64,000 nucleotides of DNA from a virus, in the IMG/VR virus record IMGVR_UViG_3300008267_012518; one strand, written 5' to 3'. Below, in pieces: positions 46,755 through 56,263 of this stretch. The position numbers and the translations under genes were made by a program. Each line of letters opens with the position of its first letter. The stretch's first letter is position 1. The notes under the pieces were generated by a model. That model was given only the letters and a program-made list of their open reading frames with translations, was not told the origin of the DNA and searched no databases.

Positions 46755-46786
46755 CGAAGATACGAAATTTATATATCTTTACCAAA
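46755..46786 (-). promoter_or_regulatory. Bacteroidota-type promoter TTTG-N20-TATCTTCG
   Basis: One mismatch to TAnnTTTG with correctly spaced TTTG; 4 nt before ATG. Confidence 0.6.
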
Positions 46787-46830
46787 ACTATAAAAAAAGC
46801 AATACCCTAAATTTTCTGTAAATTTCAAGG

Positions 46831-47802
46831 TTATTGACCCATTATGTAGGAAAACATTAAGGGGGCAACTATAGTGGCATCACTTTCGATTATAAATTTT
46901 GGAGTATTTATATCTAACTTACCCCAAGTAATTTTCTCATTTGGAACTGCACCCGAATATGATCCATAACTTGTGGTTGAGTCGGAAATCTGACAGAAGT
47001 AAGACCAGAAAGGAACATCGGTCCATTCTAAGTCTTGATACATCATTGGGACTACACAAATTGGGAAATCACCAGCAATACCACCACCAATCTGAAAGAA
47101 TCCAACACCTTTACCACCAGAGTTTTTTCTATACCAATCAGAAAGGAAAACCATATAATCAATGCCACATTTAACTGTAGTAGATTTTAATTTACCCTTG
47201 ATTACATTTGAAGCAAAAATATTTCCTAGTGTGGAATCTTCCCAACCTGGAACGATAATAGGTAAGTTTCTCTCACAAGCCGCGATCAACCAACTATCTT
47301 TAGGATTGATTTCATATTCCTTTTCCAAATCTCGATTCCTTATTATTTGGTAAATAAATTCATGGGGAAACATGGGATAATTCTTTCTTTCAGCAGTCTC
47401 CCAATAGAATTCAATTACTTTCTGAATTTTTCTGAAAGCTTCTTCTTCTGGTATACAAGTATCGGTTACTCTATTTAGTCCTCGTTCCAATAAATCCCAT
47501 TCATCTTGTGGTGTTAGGTCTCGATAGTTTGGAACTCTTTTATAATGAGAATGAGCTACTAAATTCATTAAATCTTCTTCTAGGTTTGCTCCTGTACAAG
47601 AAATGATATGGACCTTATTTTGTCTAATCATCTCTGCGAGGGAAATACCAAGTTCAGCTGTACTCATAGCACCTGCTAAAGTGATCATCATTTTACCACC
47701 CTCTTCCAAATGTTTTTGGTAGGCGATGGATGCGTCCCTTAAAGATGCTGCGTTAAAATGTTTAAAATTTTTATCAATAAAAGAGGTGATAGTCTTTTCC
47801 AT
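46831..47802 (-). CDS. Deoxyhypusine synthase-family protein (bacterial type)
   Basis: LAGAMSTAELG, TGANLEED, LNRVTD, IGGGIAGD, GSYSGA, EKITWGK (catalytic Lys). Confidence 0.92.
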   Translation of the reverse strand: MEKTITSFIDKNFKHFNAASLRDASIAYQKHLEEGGKMMITLAGAMSTAELGISLAEMIRQNKVHIISCTGANLEEDLMNLVAHSHYKRVPNYRDLTPQDEWDLLERGLNRVTDTCIPEEEAFRKIQKVIEFYWETAERKNYPMFPHEFIYQIIRNRDLEKEYEINPKDSWLIAACERNLPIIVPGWEDSTLGNIFASNVIKGKLKSTTVKCGIDYMVFLSDWYRKNSGGKGVGFFQIGGGIAGDFPICVVPMMYQDLEWTDVPFWSYFCQISDSTTSYGSYSGAVPNEKITWGKLDINTPKFIIESDATIVAPLMFSYIMGQ

Positions 47803-47806
47803 CTAA

Positions 47807-47833
47807 TTTATATTGAAAAAATCAAAAATGTTT
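47807..47833 (-). promoter_or_regulatory. Putative phage-sigma promoter AAACAT-N15-TATAAA (DHS)
   Basis: One mismatch; 4 nt before ATG 47802. Confidence 0.5.
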
Positions 47834-47844
47834 ATATATAGAAT

Positions 47845-48216
47845 ATGAACAGACCAGAGGTAAGAGTGATAGAAACTCAACACGAAGAAGTAAAACCAAT
47901 TGAGGTAAGTAATTGGGAAAGGGAACAACTTCTAGCTAAGTATGGATATGTCAATCAATCGACTTACAAACAACCAATCCAAGAATTTGATCCAACAAGG
48001 GATTTATCATATCAAGAAATGATGGAAATTGAGGATCGTAAACAACAGATTGAAATGGAAAGGGGTCGTCAACAAATGACGAACAGACCCACCACCTACA
48101 CTATTGACCAAGACCAGGTTAGATACAATGAGACTAGGTGGTCAAATATGGATTTGGGTGGACAAGATTTTGGTATACAAGTTCAGATAGTTTCTGATAT
48201 GAAGTTTACTAGATAA
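47845..48216 (+). CDS. Hypothetical protein (123 aa)
   Basis: ORF preceded by TTATATATA (47832-47840). Confidence 0.75.
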   Translation: MNRPEVRVIETQHEEVKPIEVSNWEREQLLAKYGYVNQSTYKQPIQEFDPTRDLSYQEMMEIEDRKQQIEMERGRQQMTNRPTTYTIDQDQVRYNETRWSNMDLGGQDFGIQVQIVSDMKFTR

Positions 48217-51200
48217 TCAAGGTGGTGGTATATAAAAATATTGTTTTGTAATGGGATTACTTGAACAAGTACCGTTACATTTAACATTTAAACTATACCA
48301 AGTTCCGTTTACAGGGTCTCCAAAAGGTTGTGGCTTCATTAACAATCTCACATATCCATTATTGAGGTCTGTTATTGATGGTGTGTAAGGATTTGCATTA
48401 TTTATCACGTAAGTTTGAACTGGTGTCAAATTAGGATTATTGGTTGGATCTGATGTATATCTTGACACATCCACTTTATAACTTTGACAATTTATATTTA
48501 GGTTGAATTGTGAAAACCACCTCACTCCACCAGCAGTGGGTCCTTGTGAAACACTCATTTCAGAGATGGCACATTGTTTGTCACCTGATTGTGGGGTAGT
48601 AACGCCTACTAAATTTCCATACCCAACCCCAATACTATTTTTAGCGTAGGCTTTTATATAATAAGTAGTATTTGGATTTAATCCAGTTATACTACTTGTG
48701 AATTGACCAACACCAATACCATTTGATGTCTTGGTAGGGAGGGCGATAGTCAAGTTATCGAATGTGGTTGACCAGATGACACCACGTTGTGTCACTGGTG
48801 CATCACCTTGATTTGTTATCTCACCTCCTGATGAAGCTGTTGTACTAGTGGTCGCAGCACTGTTGGATGTTAATACTACTGGAAATGGTGATGGGGGGGT
48901 GGTAAAAGATAATTCATTCCCATAACCAGTACCTACTGAGTTTGTGGCATAAGATCTGATAAAGTATGTCTGAAGTGGTTCTAATCCGGATAAGTTAGAT
49001 ATGAAGCTGGTTGAATTCGGACCATTGGTGGTCTTTGTAGTCAAGTCTATTGTTGGGTTAGGTGACGTGGACCAACAAACACCAGTTTGTGTAATGTTAG
49101 AAAATCCGTTGGATAGTATGTTCCCCCCAGAGGTAGCGGAATTATAAGTTAAATTCGAAATTGTGGTTGTTGTCAGAGTGGGTGATGTAACAGACGAAGT
49201 AGTAAAACTTTGTACTTCACCTTTACCCTGACCATCGGATGTAGTAGCGTAAGCATAAAAATAATATGTAGTGTTTGGTTGTAAACCAGTGATTATCATG
49301 TTGAATGAGTTGTCAGTTGGTGGTGAATATGTGCGTATAATCGATGGGTTAAAGGAAGGTTGAGTGCTAAAAACAATGCCCATGTTTGTGATAGTTTTAC
49401 CCCATCTGTTCAAGACCTGACCCGAAACAGTCGCAGAATTTTGGGTTATATTTTGGACAATTGGATTAGTAAAAACGACCGGTAGTTGTAATGGTGTAGC
49501 TATGATATACAGTATGGAACCTCCAACAAAATTATTCTGATTTTTAGCAAAGGCGGAAAAAAAGTACGTAGTGCCGGGAGTCAAATTGGTAACACTAACC
49601 CCAAATGAACCCAATTGACCGGGTGTGGTAATTTTTGTGGTGGATGGGTCTGTATAACTCGGAATAGTACCAGATTTATAGAGCACACCTCTTTCAATTA
49701 TCGGAGACCCACCATCACTAACCACAGTTGCACCAAATGACACAGTTGTAGGACTCGAAGCGCTCGCACCATTAGCTTGAACTACAGGTCTGTCTGGGTA
49801 TACAAATGGCATGGCATCTCCATAATTATATTCTCTGAAGTCGTCTATTATAACTGGTCTAACATAAACCGTCTGACCGGGCAATAAATTACTAGGGTTG
49901 AGTGGGATGCTAACGTCCCTTGTGCCAATGAATGGTGTTTGGGGGAATCCATCACCGGTTAGATTGGTGGCGTTTGAATTTACTATAGTTACATTTGGGG
50001 TTGTTTTTGATGCAACGATCCCATTTTGCCAAGGTACTTCATCAGTATCAATGAATGTGGTTGACATAGCTCCAGTTACCGTCGGAACGATACCGGTCAG
50101 ATAAAAAACTAATTTTTTTGTAGTAAAGCTTATTTCATCAGAGTAAAAGACACCTTGTGAATTTTCAGCAAAAATCCTTATAAAATACTGCGTTTGTTGA
50201 CTAAGATCTCTTATTATTCCATTAAATGAACCCATTCCTTGACCAATTTCTAAATATTGATCATTCAGAGTGGGACTAGAATTGGTAGACCAGCAGAAAC
50301 CCCTTCTTATAATTGGAGATCCACCGTCTGACAAAAACGCAAGGGTACTTGTGCCACCTACACCAAACTTAGATTTAGTTGAAAGAATTCGAATTGATTG
50401 AATTGGTTTAAAAATTATTTGTGAAGAGCTTTGAGTTGTTAAACTTCTAACTTGTCCGTATCCTATACCGCCTGATGTTTTAACAAAAGCTCTAAAAAAA
50501 TAATTAGTGGACGGAATCAAATTATCTAAGCTTAGTATAAAATTTGCAGTATTATTATTTGGATCAAAGACCTTCGTAGTCAAATCATATGTGATGTTGT
50601 TTTGTGAGGTTGAATAAATTACACCTCTTTCTAAAACTGAAGAACCATAAGTGTTGATACTGAACCCTCCAGAAATTATTGAAGTGTTTGTTGATTCGTA
50701 GAGAGCTGTTGATATTATTGGTTCTTGGGGTGATGTGGTTGTAAATTGTATAGATTGACCATAAGAAACACCAGCAAGATTGGTAGCGAAAGAACGCACA
50801 TAATAAGTTGAACCTGGTTCCAAATTTTTCATCATTATATTGAATGAACCCAATTGACCGTAGTCAGCTATTTCAAAATCTAAACAATTTTCAATGGTTG
50901 GATCAAGTGTGGTCGACCAAATTAGACCTCTCACTAAAAATGGGGCGTTACCTGTATCAGATACAACACCTCCAGATCCTGCGGTGGTTCTGGTAACATT
51001 AATTACAGTAGGATAAGTCGTCGTTGTAGGTTTTGTTGTGAAATCTACGAAAGGTAACTGATCACTCAGATACAAATTCGATCTTATAGCGTGTCTTGGA
51101 TATTTCCAGAAACCTCTCACCAACATATTTTTAGTACTTCGATAGGTGAAGAATTGGCCTGGTCCATCATAAGAGTATTCCCATTTTGTAGGATCGACTG

Positions 51201-52407
51201 GTGGTAATGTGAATACAGATTTGACGAGGTGACAATAACTCATTATTGATGAATTCCAGGATCCATAAGGTATATTAATATTATCACAACTTTGATTAGC
51301 AATTGTCTCACCATTCGAACAACTATCCAAAACTCCTATGGGATTATTTTGATCGTCTTTCCATCCACACCAATGGGTATGACGGGAACCTAAATTATGT
51401 CCCAACTCATGAACAGCAGCAACTATAGGTAAATTATAGTTCGATGTTCCAACTGGATTTTGACTCAGTTGTAATAAATTTTGAGTCGATCCAATATTTA
51501 AAACACTGTGACAAGTAGTTGGATAAATTTGGGGTGAAGTAGTTTCATATCCATTAGCTGAGTTGTTAGCACCTAGGTTTCCGATACCACCTGCATTTTG
51601 ATTGATGTCTAATAACATTTTGAAGTGACTTTCTGTATTGACTGGTGTGTTAGAGTTACTTCTTTGTCTGAATATCTCCAATGTATTTTGTATAGAAGTG
51701 ATTGTATAAAGATCCTGATTGGTATTTATGTAAACTTTTCTGAGACGAAAATAAATTCCTTCTCTGGCATATAAATTCTTAATCGATAAAAATAGATTTG
51801 AAACATAATTTATAGTTTCGGTTTCATTTGATCCAAATAACTGGTAAGATCTGTAACTTACCTCAATGTACAAATCGCAAATTTTGTTGATTGGTTTTAA
51901 TCTATTGTAAAAATCTGAATTACCAAATTGGATATCTTGTATTGTTCTACTTTTTTTTATTGTAATATTTTTTGTATCTTTTTTTGAGGTATCCAAAACC
52001 TCTACACATGTATTATCGACTGAAAATGTATCTAAATTAACCTTATTTGTCAAAGAATTGATAGAATAGTTTTTTCCATCTTTAGTTTTTGAGTACCCAC
52101 TCCACCCACCCTTACCATTATGTGTGATAACACTCATTGTCTTTCTAGACACATAAGTTTGTGGTTTATAAATATATTGACCCTTGGATGTCACCACCAA
52201 TATAGAGGGTAATTCTATTTTATCATAAATGTCAATAGTGCCATCTGGTAAAGTCGACTCAAACGACTTTGGTAGATTTGACACACTCAAATTTTGTTGA
52301 GTTGTTTTACCCGCCTTCGGTGATTTGTTCCAAACATCCATTCTAACCTGTGAGAATAAGTTGTTTATAATAAGTAGAGAAATTACTAGTCCTATAAATC
52401 TTTTCAT
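48217..52407 (-). CDS. Secreted metzincin (M12B/reprolysin-like) protease with eight FN3-like repeats; start reassigned to 52407
   Basis: Signal peptide MKRFIGLVISLLIINNLFSQ; HELGHNLGSRH and Met-turn SIMSYC; 8 units of ...SDGGSPIIERG...L.P.T.Y..R..A.N..G..YG...FTT. Confidence 0.85.
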   Translation of the reverse strand: MKRFIGLVISLLIINNLFSQVRMDVWNKSPKAGKTTQQNLSVSNLPKSFESTLPDGTIDIYDKIELPSILVVTSKGQYIYKPQTYVSRKTMSVITHNGKGGWSGYSKTKDGKNYSINSLTNKVNLDTFSVDNTCVEVLDTSKKDTKNITIKKSRTIQDIQFGNSDFYNRLKPINKICDLYIEVSYRSYQLFGSNETETINYVSNLFLSIKNLYAREGIYFRLRKVYINTNQDLYTITSIQNTLEIFRQRSNSNTPVNTESHFKMLLDINQNAGGIGNLGANNSANGYETTSPQIYPTTCHSVLNIGSTQNLLQLSQNPVGTSNYNLPIVAAVHELGHNLGSRHTHWCGWKDDQNNPIGVLDSCSNGETIANQSCDNINIPYGSWNSSIMSYCHLVKSVFTLPPVDPTKWEYSYDGPGQFFTYRSTKNMLVRGFWKYPRHAIRSNLYLSDQLPFVDFTTKPTTTTYPTVINVTRTTAGSGGVVSDTGNAPFLVRGLIWSTTLDPTIENCLDFEIADYGQLGSFNIMMKNLEPGSTYYVRSFATNLAGVSYGQSIQFTTTSPQEPIISTALYESTNTSIISGGFSINTYGSSVLERGVIYSTSQNNITYDLTTKVFDPNNNTANFILSLDNLIPSTNYFFRAFVKTSGGIGYGQVRSLTTQSSSQIIFKPIQSIRILSTKSKFGVGGTSTLAFLSDGGSPIIRRGFCWSTNSSPTLNDQYLEIGQGMGSFNGIIRDLSQQTQYFIRIFAENSQGVFYSDEISFTTKKLVFYLTGIVPTVTGAMSTTFIDTDEVPWQNGIVASKTTPNVTIVNSNATNLTGDGFPQTPFIGTRDVSIPLNPSNLLPGQTVYVRPVIIDDFREYNYGDAMPFVYPDRPVVQANGASASSPTTVSFGATVVSDGGSPIIERGVLYKSGTIPSYTDPSTTKITTPGQLGSFGVSVTNLTPGTTYFFSAFAKNQNNFVGGSILYIIATPLQLPVVFTNPIVQNITQNSATVSGQVLNRWGKTITNMGIVFSTQPSFNPSIIRTYSPPTDNSFNMIITGLQPNTTYYFYAYATTSDGQGKGEVQSFTTSSVTSPTLTTTTISNLTYNSATSGGNILSNGFSNITQTGVCWSTSPNPTIDLTTKTTNGPNSTSFISNLSGLEPLQTYFIRSYATNSVGTGYGNELSFTTPPSPFPVVLTSNSAATTSTTASSGGEITNQGDAPVTQRGVIWSTTFDNLTIALPTKTSNGIGVGQFTSSITGLNPNTTYYIKAYAKNSIGVGYGNLVGVTTPQSGDKQCAISEMSVSQGPTAGGVRWFSQFNLNINCQSYKVDVSRYTSDPTNNPNLTPVQTYVINNANPYTPSITDLNNGYVRLLMKPQPFGDPVNGTWYSLNVKCNGTCSSNPITKQYFYIPPP

Positions 52408-52427
52408 ATAAAAATAGATTTTATTTT

Positions 52428-52435
52428 TATATATC
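52428..52435 (-). promoter_or_regulatory. Late-type motif GATATATA upstream of protease
   Basis: 20 nt before ATG 52407, just downstream of the thioredoxin terminator. Confidence 0.35.
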
Positions 52436-52444
52436 AGATAATAT

Positions 52445-52473
52445 AAAAAAAAATCCACCAATTGGTGGATTTT
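52445..52473 (-). terminator. Intrinsic terminator after thioredoxin
   Basis: Reverse strand aaaatccacc-aatt-ggtggattttttttt. Confidence 0.85.
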
Positions 52474-52477
52474 AGAG

Positions 52478-52798
52478 TTAAGAATTCTTCTCTATCATTT
52501 CCAAGATATCTTTCTTGGATTTTAGACCCGTTGTTCTATCAACTAATTCCCCATTTTTGAATAATAAAAGAGTTGGGATGTTTCTAACATTATATTCTTT
52601 ACAGAAGTTCATATTTTCATCAGCGTCAACAACACCAACGGATACTTTTCCATATGTTTCAGAACTAATCTCATCGATAATTGGGCTCAGTTGTTTACAA
52701 GGTCCACACCATTCTGCTTTGACGTCGATAAGAGATAGATCATTTTCTAAAAATGGTTTCAAATCCTCTTCTTTAAGTTTCTTTGTATAAATTACCAT
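52478..52798 (-). CDS. trxA: Thioredoxin
   Basis: WCGPC, VDADEN, YNVRNIPTLLLFKNG. Confidence 0.95.
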   Translation of the reverse strand: MVIYTKKLKEEDLKPFLENDLSLIDVKAEWCGPCKQLSPIIDEISSETYGKVSVGVVDADENMNFCKEYNVRNIPTLLLFKNGELVDRTTGLKSKKDILEMIEKNS

Positions 52799-52820
52799 AA
52801 CTAACTATTAATTTTTAGAC

Positions 52821-52828
52821 AATATATA
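52821..52828 (+). promoter_or_regulatory. Putative late promoter AATATATA
   Basis: 7 nt before ATG 52836. Confidence 0.45.
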
Positions 52829-52835
52829 TCTTATC

Positions 52836-53588
52836 ATGAAATTAACCTTTAGTTTGTTTTTTATTTTTCTTGTTACTTTAGTTAGATCTCAGACCAATAA
52901 CTTCTCAATTGGTGGAAATTTAACCACAGGTAATCTATTAAGTTATGGTATAAATATTAGAGCAAATCTGAACACTAATCCTGAAAAATTAAACCAAATT
53001 GTATTTTCGCCAAGTTTTGATTATGGTAAGATTTCGGATCAGTCTGGTGAATTTCAATTAAGGAGAAAAGAAATACTAACTGTTCTAAATTATGAGAGGA
53101 CAAAAAATAGATTTAAGTTTTATGTCTATAATGAATTCGAAAAATCATTTCTGAGGAAGATAAGGATAAGAGGTGCATTTGGTACAGGACTTTCGTATAG
53201 GATAGTAGAAAATGAAACTACCAATTTTGATGTGTCTCAGCTTATTTTGCCAGAATTTTTTCAGTCAAGTTTCACAAATAAAAGAGATAACTGGGCTTTA
53301 AGACTATCGACAAGGATACGATTATCCAAAAAATTTCCCAAGTATAGATATTCCTCACAATTATTGTTTCAACCAGCTGTTTATACAGAACTAAGTGATG
53401 GTACTGAAGTTGCACCAAAAAATAATACGACAGTCAGGATTAATAATTCCTACGAGTTTGTATTATCAAAAAATTTGTCTATAGGGTTCATGGGTGAAAT
53501 GATCGTTCAAACATATACGAGTTATATCAATCCAACCGTTAAACCCTACGATACAAATTTAAATTTATTTATAAAGGGTAATTTCTAA
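52836..53588 (+). CDS. Outer-membrane beta-barrel protein (DUF481-like)
   Basis: Signal peptide, alternating amphipathic strands, RIRGAFGTGLSY, C-terminal ...FIKGNF. Confidence 0.7.
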   Translation: MKLTFSLFFIFLVTLVRSQTNNFSIGGNLTTGNLLSYGINIRANLNTNPEKLNQIVFSPSFDYGKISDQSGEFQLRRKEILTVLNYERTKNRFKFYVYNEFEKSFLRKIRIRGAFGTGLSYRIVENETTNFDVSQLILPEFFQSSFTNKRDNWALRLSTRIRLSKKFPKYRYSSQLLFQPAVYTELSDGTEVAPKNNTTVRINNSYEFVLSKNLSIGFMGEMIVQTYTSYINPTVKPYDTNLNLFIKGNF

Positions 53589-54199
53589 AGATACGTTTCA
53601 TCTAAGAAATCAAATTCCTTTTTGGTTTCGGAAATAAGGATTAATCTACCGTTTCTAATTTGAGATTTGATGGTAGATAGATTTTTACCCAATTCATCAG
53701 CAATGTCTTTATAAGCCATCTTTTTGATTTCTCTCATTTCGATAACCTTCCTATATGGTTCTTTGAGGTTTTGGATATGTTTCTTCATGATCTCGGCTTT
53801 TCGGTCCGAAACGTCATGTTTATTATTTTCCGAAACTTCTTCTTGTATAAAGTCCTTTAGGGTTGTACCCTCCTCGTCGATTTCAATGTCGATGGATACA
53901 TTCTTTTTTGAGAGTTTTATGTCTTGGAGAAGAATATTCCTTGCGATGGTGAATAACCACGTTGAAAATTGTGCCTTTTCTTTTTCATACTTGTCAATTT
54001 TTTCGAACGCTGTGAGGAATGATTCTGTAGTTACGTCTTCAGCTTTTTGGTGGTCTCCACACATTTTAGCCGTATAGTAAATTAACTTTGGATAATACTT
54101 TTTGTAAAAGAAAGTAAAGTCACTACCTGTTCTTTCTTTGAATAGAACTTCTTGTTCTGAGAATGATTTGACTGCCGTTGAATTGTACATATATTTCAT
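53585..54199 (-). CDS. ECF-type RNA polymerase sigma factor
   Basis: Region 2 AEDVTTESFL...FSTWLFTIARN; region 4 YKDIADELGKNLSTIKSQIRNGR. Confidence 0.92.
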   Translation of the reverse strand: MKYMYNSTAVKSFSEQEVLFKERTGSDFTFFYKKYYPKLIYYTAKMCGDHQKAEDVTTESFLTAFEKIDKYEKEKAQFSTWLFTIARNILLQDIKLSKKNVSIDIEIDEEGTTLKDFIQEEVSENNKHDVSDRKAEIMKKHIQNLKEPYRKVIEMREIKKMAYKDIADELGKNLSTIKSQIRNGRLILISETKKEFDFLDETYL

Positions 54200-54248
54200 T
54201 TAATTTTTTTTTAGATTGCCACGAATGTATAACAACAATTATACCATA

Positions 54249-54275
54249 TTTATATCCTATTTATGAATAAAGTTT
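54249..54275 (-). promoter_or_regulatory. Putative phage-sigma promoter AAACTT-N15-TATAAA upstream of the sigma gene
   Basis: aaactt tattcataaatagga tataaa; a TACATTCG (TAnnTTTG-like) box also lies at 54222-54229. Confidence 0.6.
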
Positions 54276-54327
54276 TGTCATCTCAGTAAATAAACCAAAC
54301 AAATATTCATATAAAATTATAATTTTT

Positions 54328-56220
54328 ATGGTCACACTTAATATAATCACACGTTGTTCACGAACTACAAAGATAAGAGAAATTTTTGAAAGTTTTGATA
54401 AAAAAAATAAAAAATTTTCAATCAAATGGTTTGTGTTATTTGATCTGACATCACTACTCGAAATACCAACTGACATATTGTCTTTTTTGAAAGACAGATC
54501 TGAAATTAGATTTTATGAATCCGATCCAAGTGATTATGGACATGACATGATTAACAAAACACTTGATGAAATACCTAATGGTTTAGTATATGTTTTAGAT
54601 GACGATAATATTATACACCCAAACTTCATTGATCTGATAAATAATTGGATTGAAAATAATTTCTATTTTGATGGAATAATTTTCAGTCAAAAAATTGGAG
54701 GTATTGATTTTACCGGTCAAGACATAAGATTTGCTAACGAAGAAAATATCAAAGTTAGTAAAATTGATATGGCTCAATTTTGTTTAAAGCGGGAATTAAT
54801 TGGTGATAATAGAATTCCACCCAATCAATATGTTGGTGATGGTATTTTCATTGAGAATTTATTTGAAGAAAACAAAGATAAATTTTTAATCATAGATGAA
54901 ATAGGATGTTATTATAATTACTTCAAACAAATTGAGAAAAAAGACTATTTTTTACCCAAAGTTTTAATTATCGGAGAAGAAAATGATATTGAAATAAAAT
55001 CTCATAAATATGCAAATTATGAAGATGATAGGTTGAAATCCATTTCCAACCTTACCGATGAAGGAATCCAAAAAATACTCCATGAGTTCAATCCCGATGG
55101 AATATTGACTACAGGAGATGATTGGCAAAATTATAAGGAATTATCAAACATGAATTTAGATTTTAGAAGAAAATGGATACATATCAAAAGGATTGATGAT
55201 AATTCGGGTGAACTTATTTTTAATTGTCTAATGCAATCAATGTTAGATCCAATTTATGATAAAAATCCACTTATCAGTGTATTTACACCGACTTATAACA
55301 CCAAAGAGGTTCTTTATAGGAGTTATGAATCTTTAAAAAATCAAACTTATAATAATTGGGAATGGGTGGTTGTTGATGATTCCACTGATGGTGGTAAAAC
55401 TCTGAAAATAGCCCAAGAAATTTCGAAAAAAGATCCTAGGGTCAAAGTTTATGAATTCAGAGATAAATCAGGTGGGGTTGTTGGAGAATCGAAGTACCGA
55501 GCAGCTTCATTGTGTTCCGGTAAATACCTAATTGAATTTGATCACGACGATTTGTTATTACCAGATGCGTTACTTTACACAGTAGAGGCTTTTCAAAGGT
55601 ATCCAGATGCTAAATTTGTTTACTCGGACTGTGCTGAAATAGATCAGAATCACAATTCCCTTACTTATGGAGATGATTTTGCCTTTGGATATGGTTCATA
55701 CCGTGATGAAGAATATAATGGTAAAATTTATAAAGCTGTCAATACTCAGAATATAAATCCAAAAACTATAAGACACATAGTTGGTGTACCAAACCATTTA
55801 AGAGCATGGGATAGATTTTTCTATCATTCTATTGGTGGACATAATAGAAATTTATCCATAGCTGATGATTATGAATTATTGGTTAGAACTTTCTTGAAAA
55901 CTCGATTTGTTAGGATACCAAAAATGTTGTATCTCCAATTTTTCCATAGTTCGAATACACAGAATGATTCTAGATCTGATATACAAAGAAGAGTGAGAGT
56001 AATCTCTTCTTTTTATAATGAAAAAATCAAAAATAGGTTTGAGGAGTTGGGTTGCACAGATTGGGCCTACGAAGGTAATCCTCAGTGGCCAACCAACACT
56101 CCGAGTAGGTTCGGTGTAGAAGAGTGTGCGGTCAACTACGTTATGGAAATAGATCCTGTTAAAAATTCGAACCTTGATTACAACTTCGATACTATGACTG
56201 GATTTTCAATATTAAATTGA
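54328..56220 (+). CDS. Tandem GT-A/GT2 glycosyltransferase
   Basis: N: YVLDDDNI, GDGIF; C: ISVFTPTYN, QTYNNWEWVVVDDS, EFDHDDLL, ADDYEL. Confidence 0.88.
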   Translation: MVTLNIITRCSRTTKIREIFESFDKKNKKFSIKWFVLFDLTSLLEIPTDILSFLKDRSEIRFYESDPSDYGHDMINKTLDEIPNGLVYVLDDDNIIHPNFIDLINNWIENNFYFDGIIFSQKIGGIDFTGQDIRFANEENIKVSKIDMAQFCLKRELIGDNRIPPNQYVGDGIFIENLFEENKDKFLIIDEIGCYYNYFKQIEKKDYFLPKVLIIGEENDIEIKSHKYANYEDDRLKSISNLTDEGIQKILHEFNPDGILTTGDDWQNYKELSNMNLDFRRKWIHIKRIDDNSGELIFNCLMQSMLDPIYDKNPLISVFTPTYNTKEVLYRSYESLKNQTYNNWEWVVVDDSTDGGKTLKIAQEISKKDPRVKVYEFRDKSGGVVGESKYRAASLCSGKYLIEFDHDDLLLPDALLYTVEAFQRYPDAKFVYSDCAEIDQNHNSLTYGDDFAFGYGSYRDEEYNGKIYKAVNTQNINPKTIRHIVGVPNHLRAWDRFFYHSIGGHNRNLSIADDYELLVRTFLKTRFVRIPKMLYLQFFHSSNTQNDSRSDIQRRVRVISSFYNEKIKNRFEELGCTDWAYEGNPQWPTNTPSRFGVEECAVNYVMEIDPVKNSNLDYNFDTMTGFSILN

Positions 56221-56234
56221 GATATTGATGTATT

Positions 56235-56243
56235 TAATATATA
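56235..56243 (+). promoter_or_regulatory. Putative late promoter TAATATATA
   Basis: 20 nt before ATG 56264. Confidence 0.55.
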
Positions 56244-56263
56244 AATAAAAAAAAATTGCACTT

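Noticed and set aside
44361-47802. EF-P/eIF5A modification pair (EpmA-like ligase + DHS)
   Set aside because: The synthetase paralogue looks Asp/Asn-type rather than Lys/EpmA-type, the genes are convergent and separated, and no EF-P gene is in the window; coincidence is more likely
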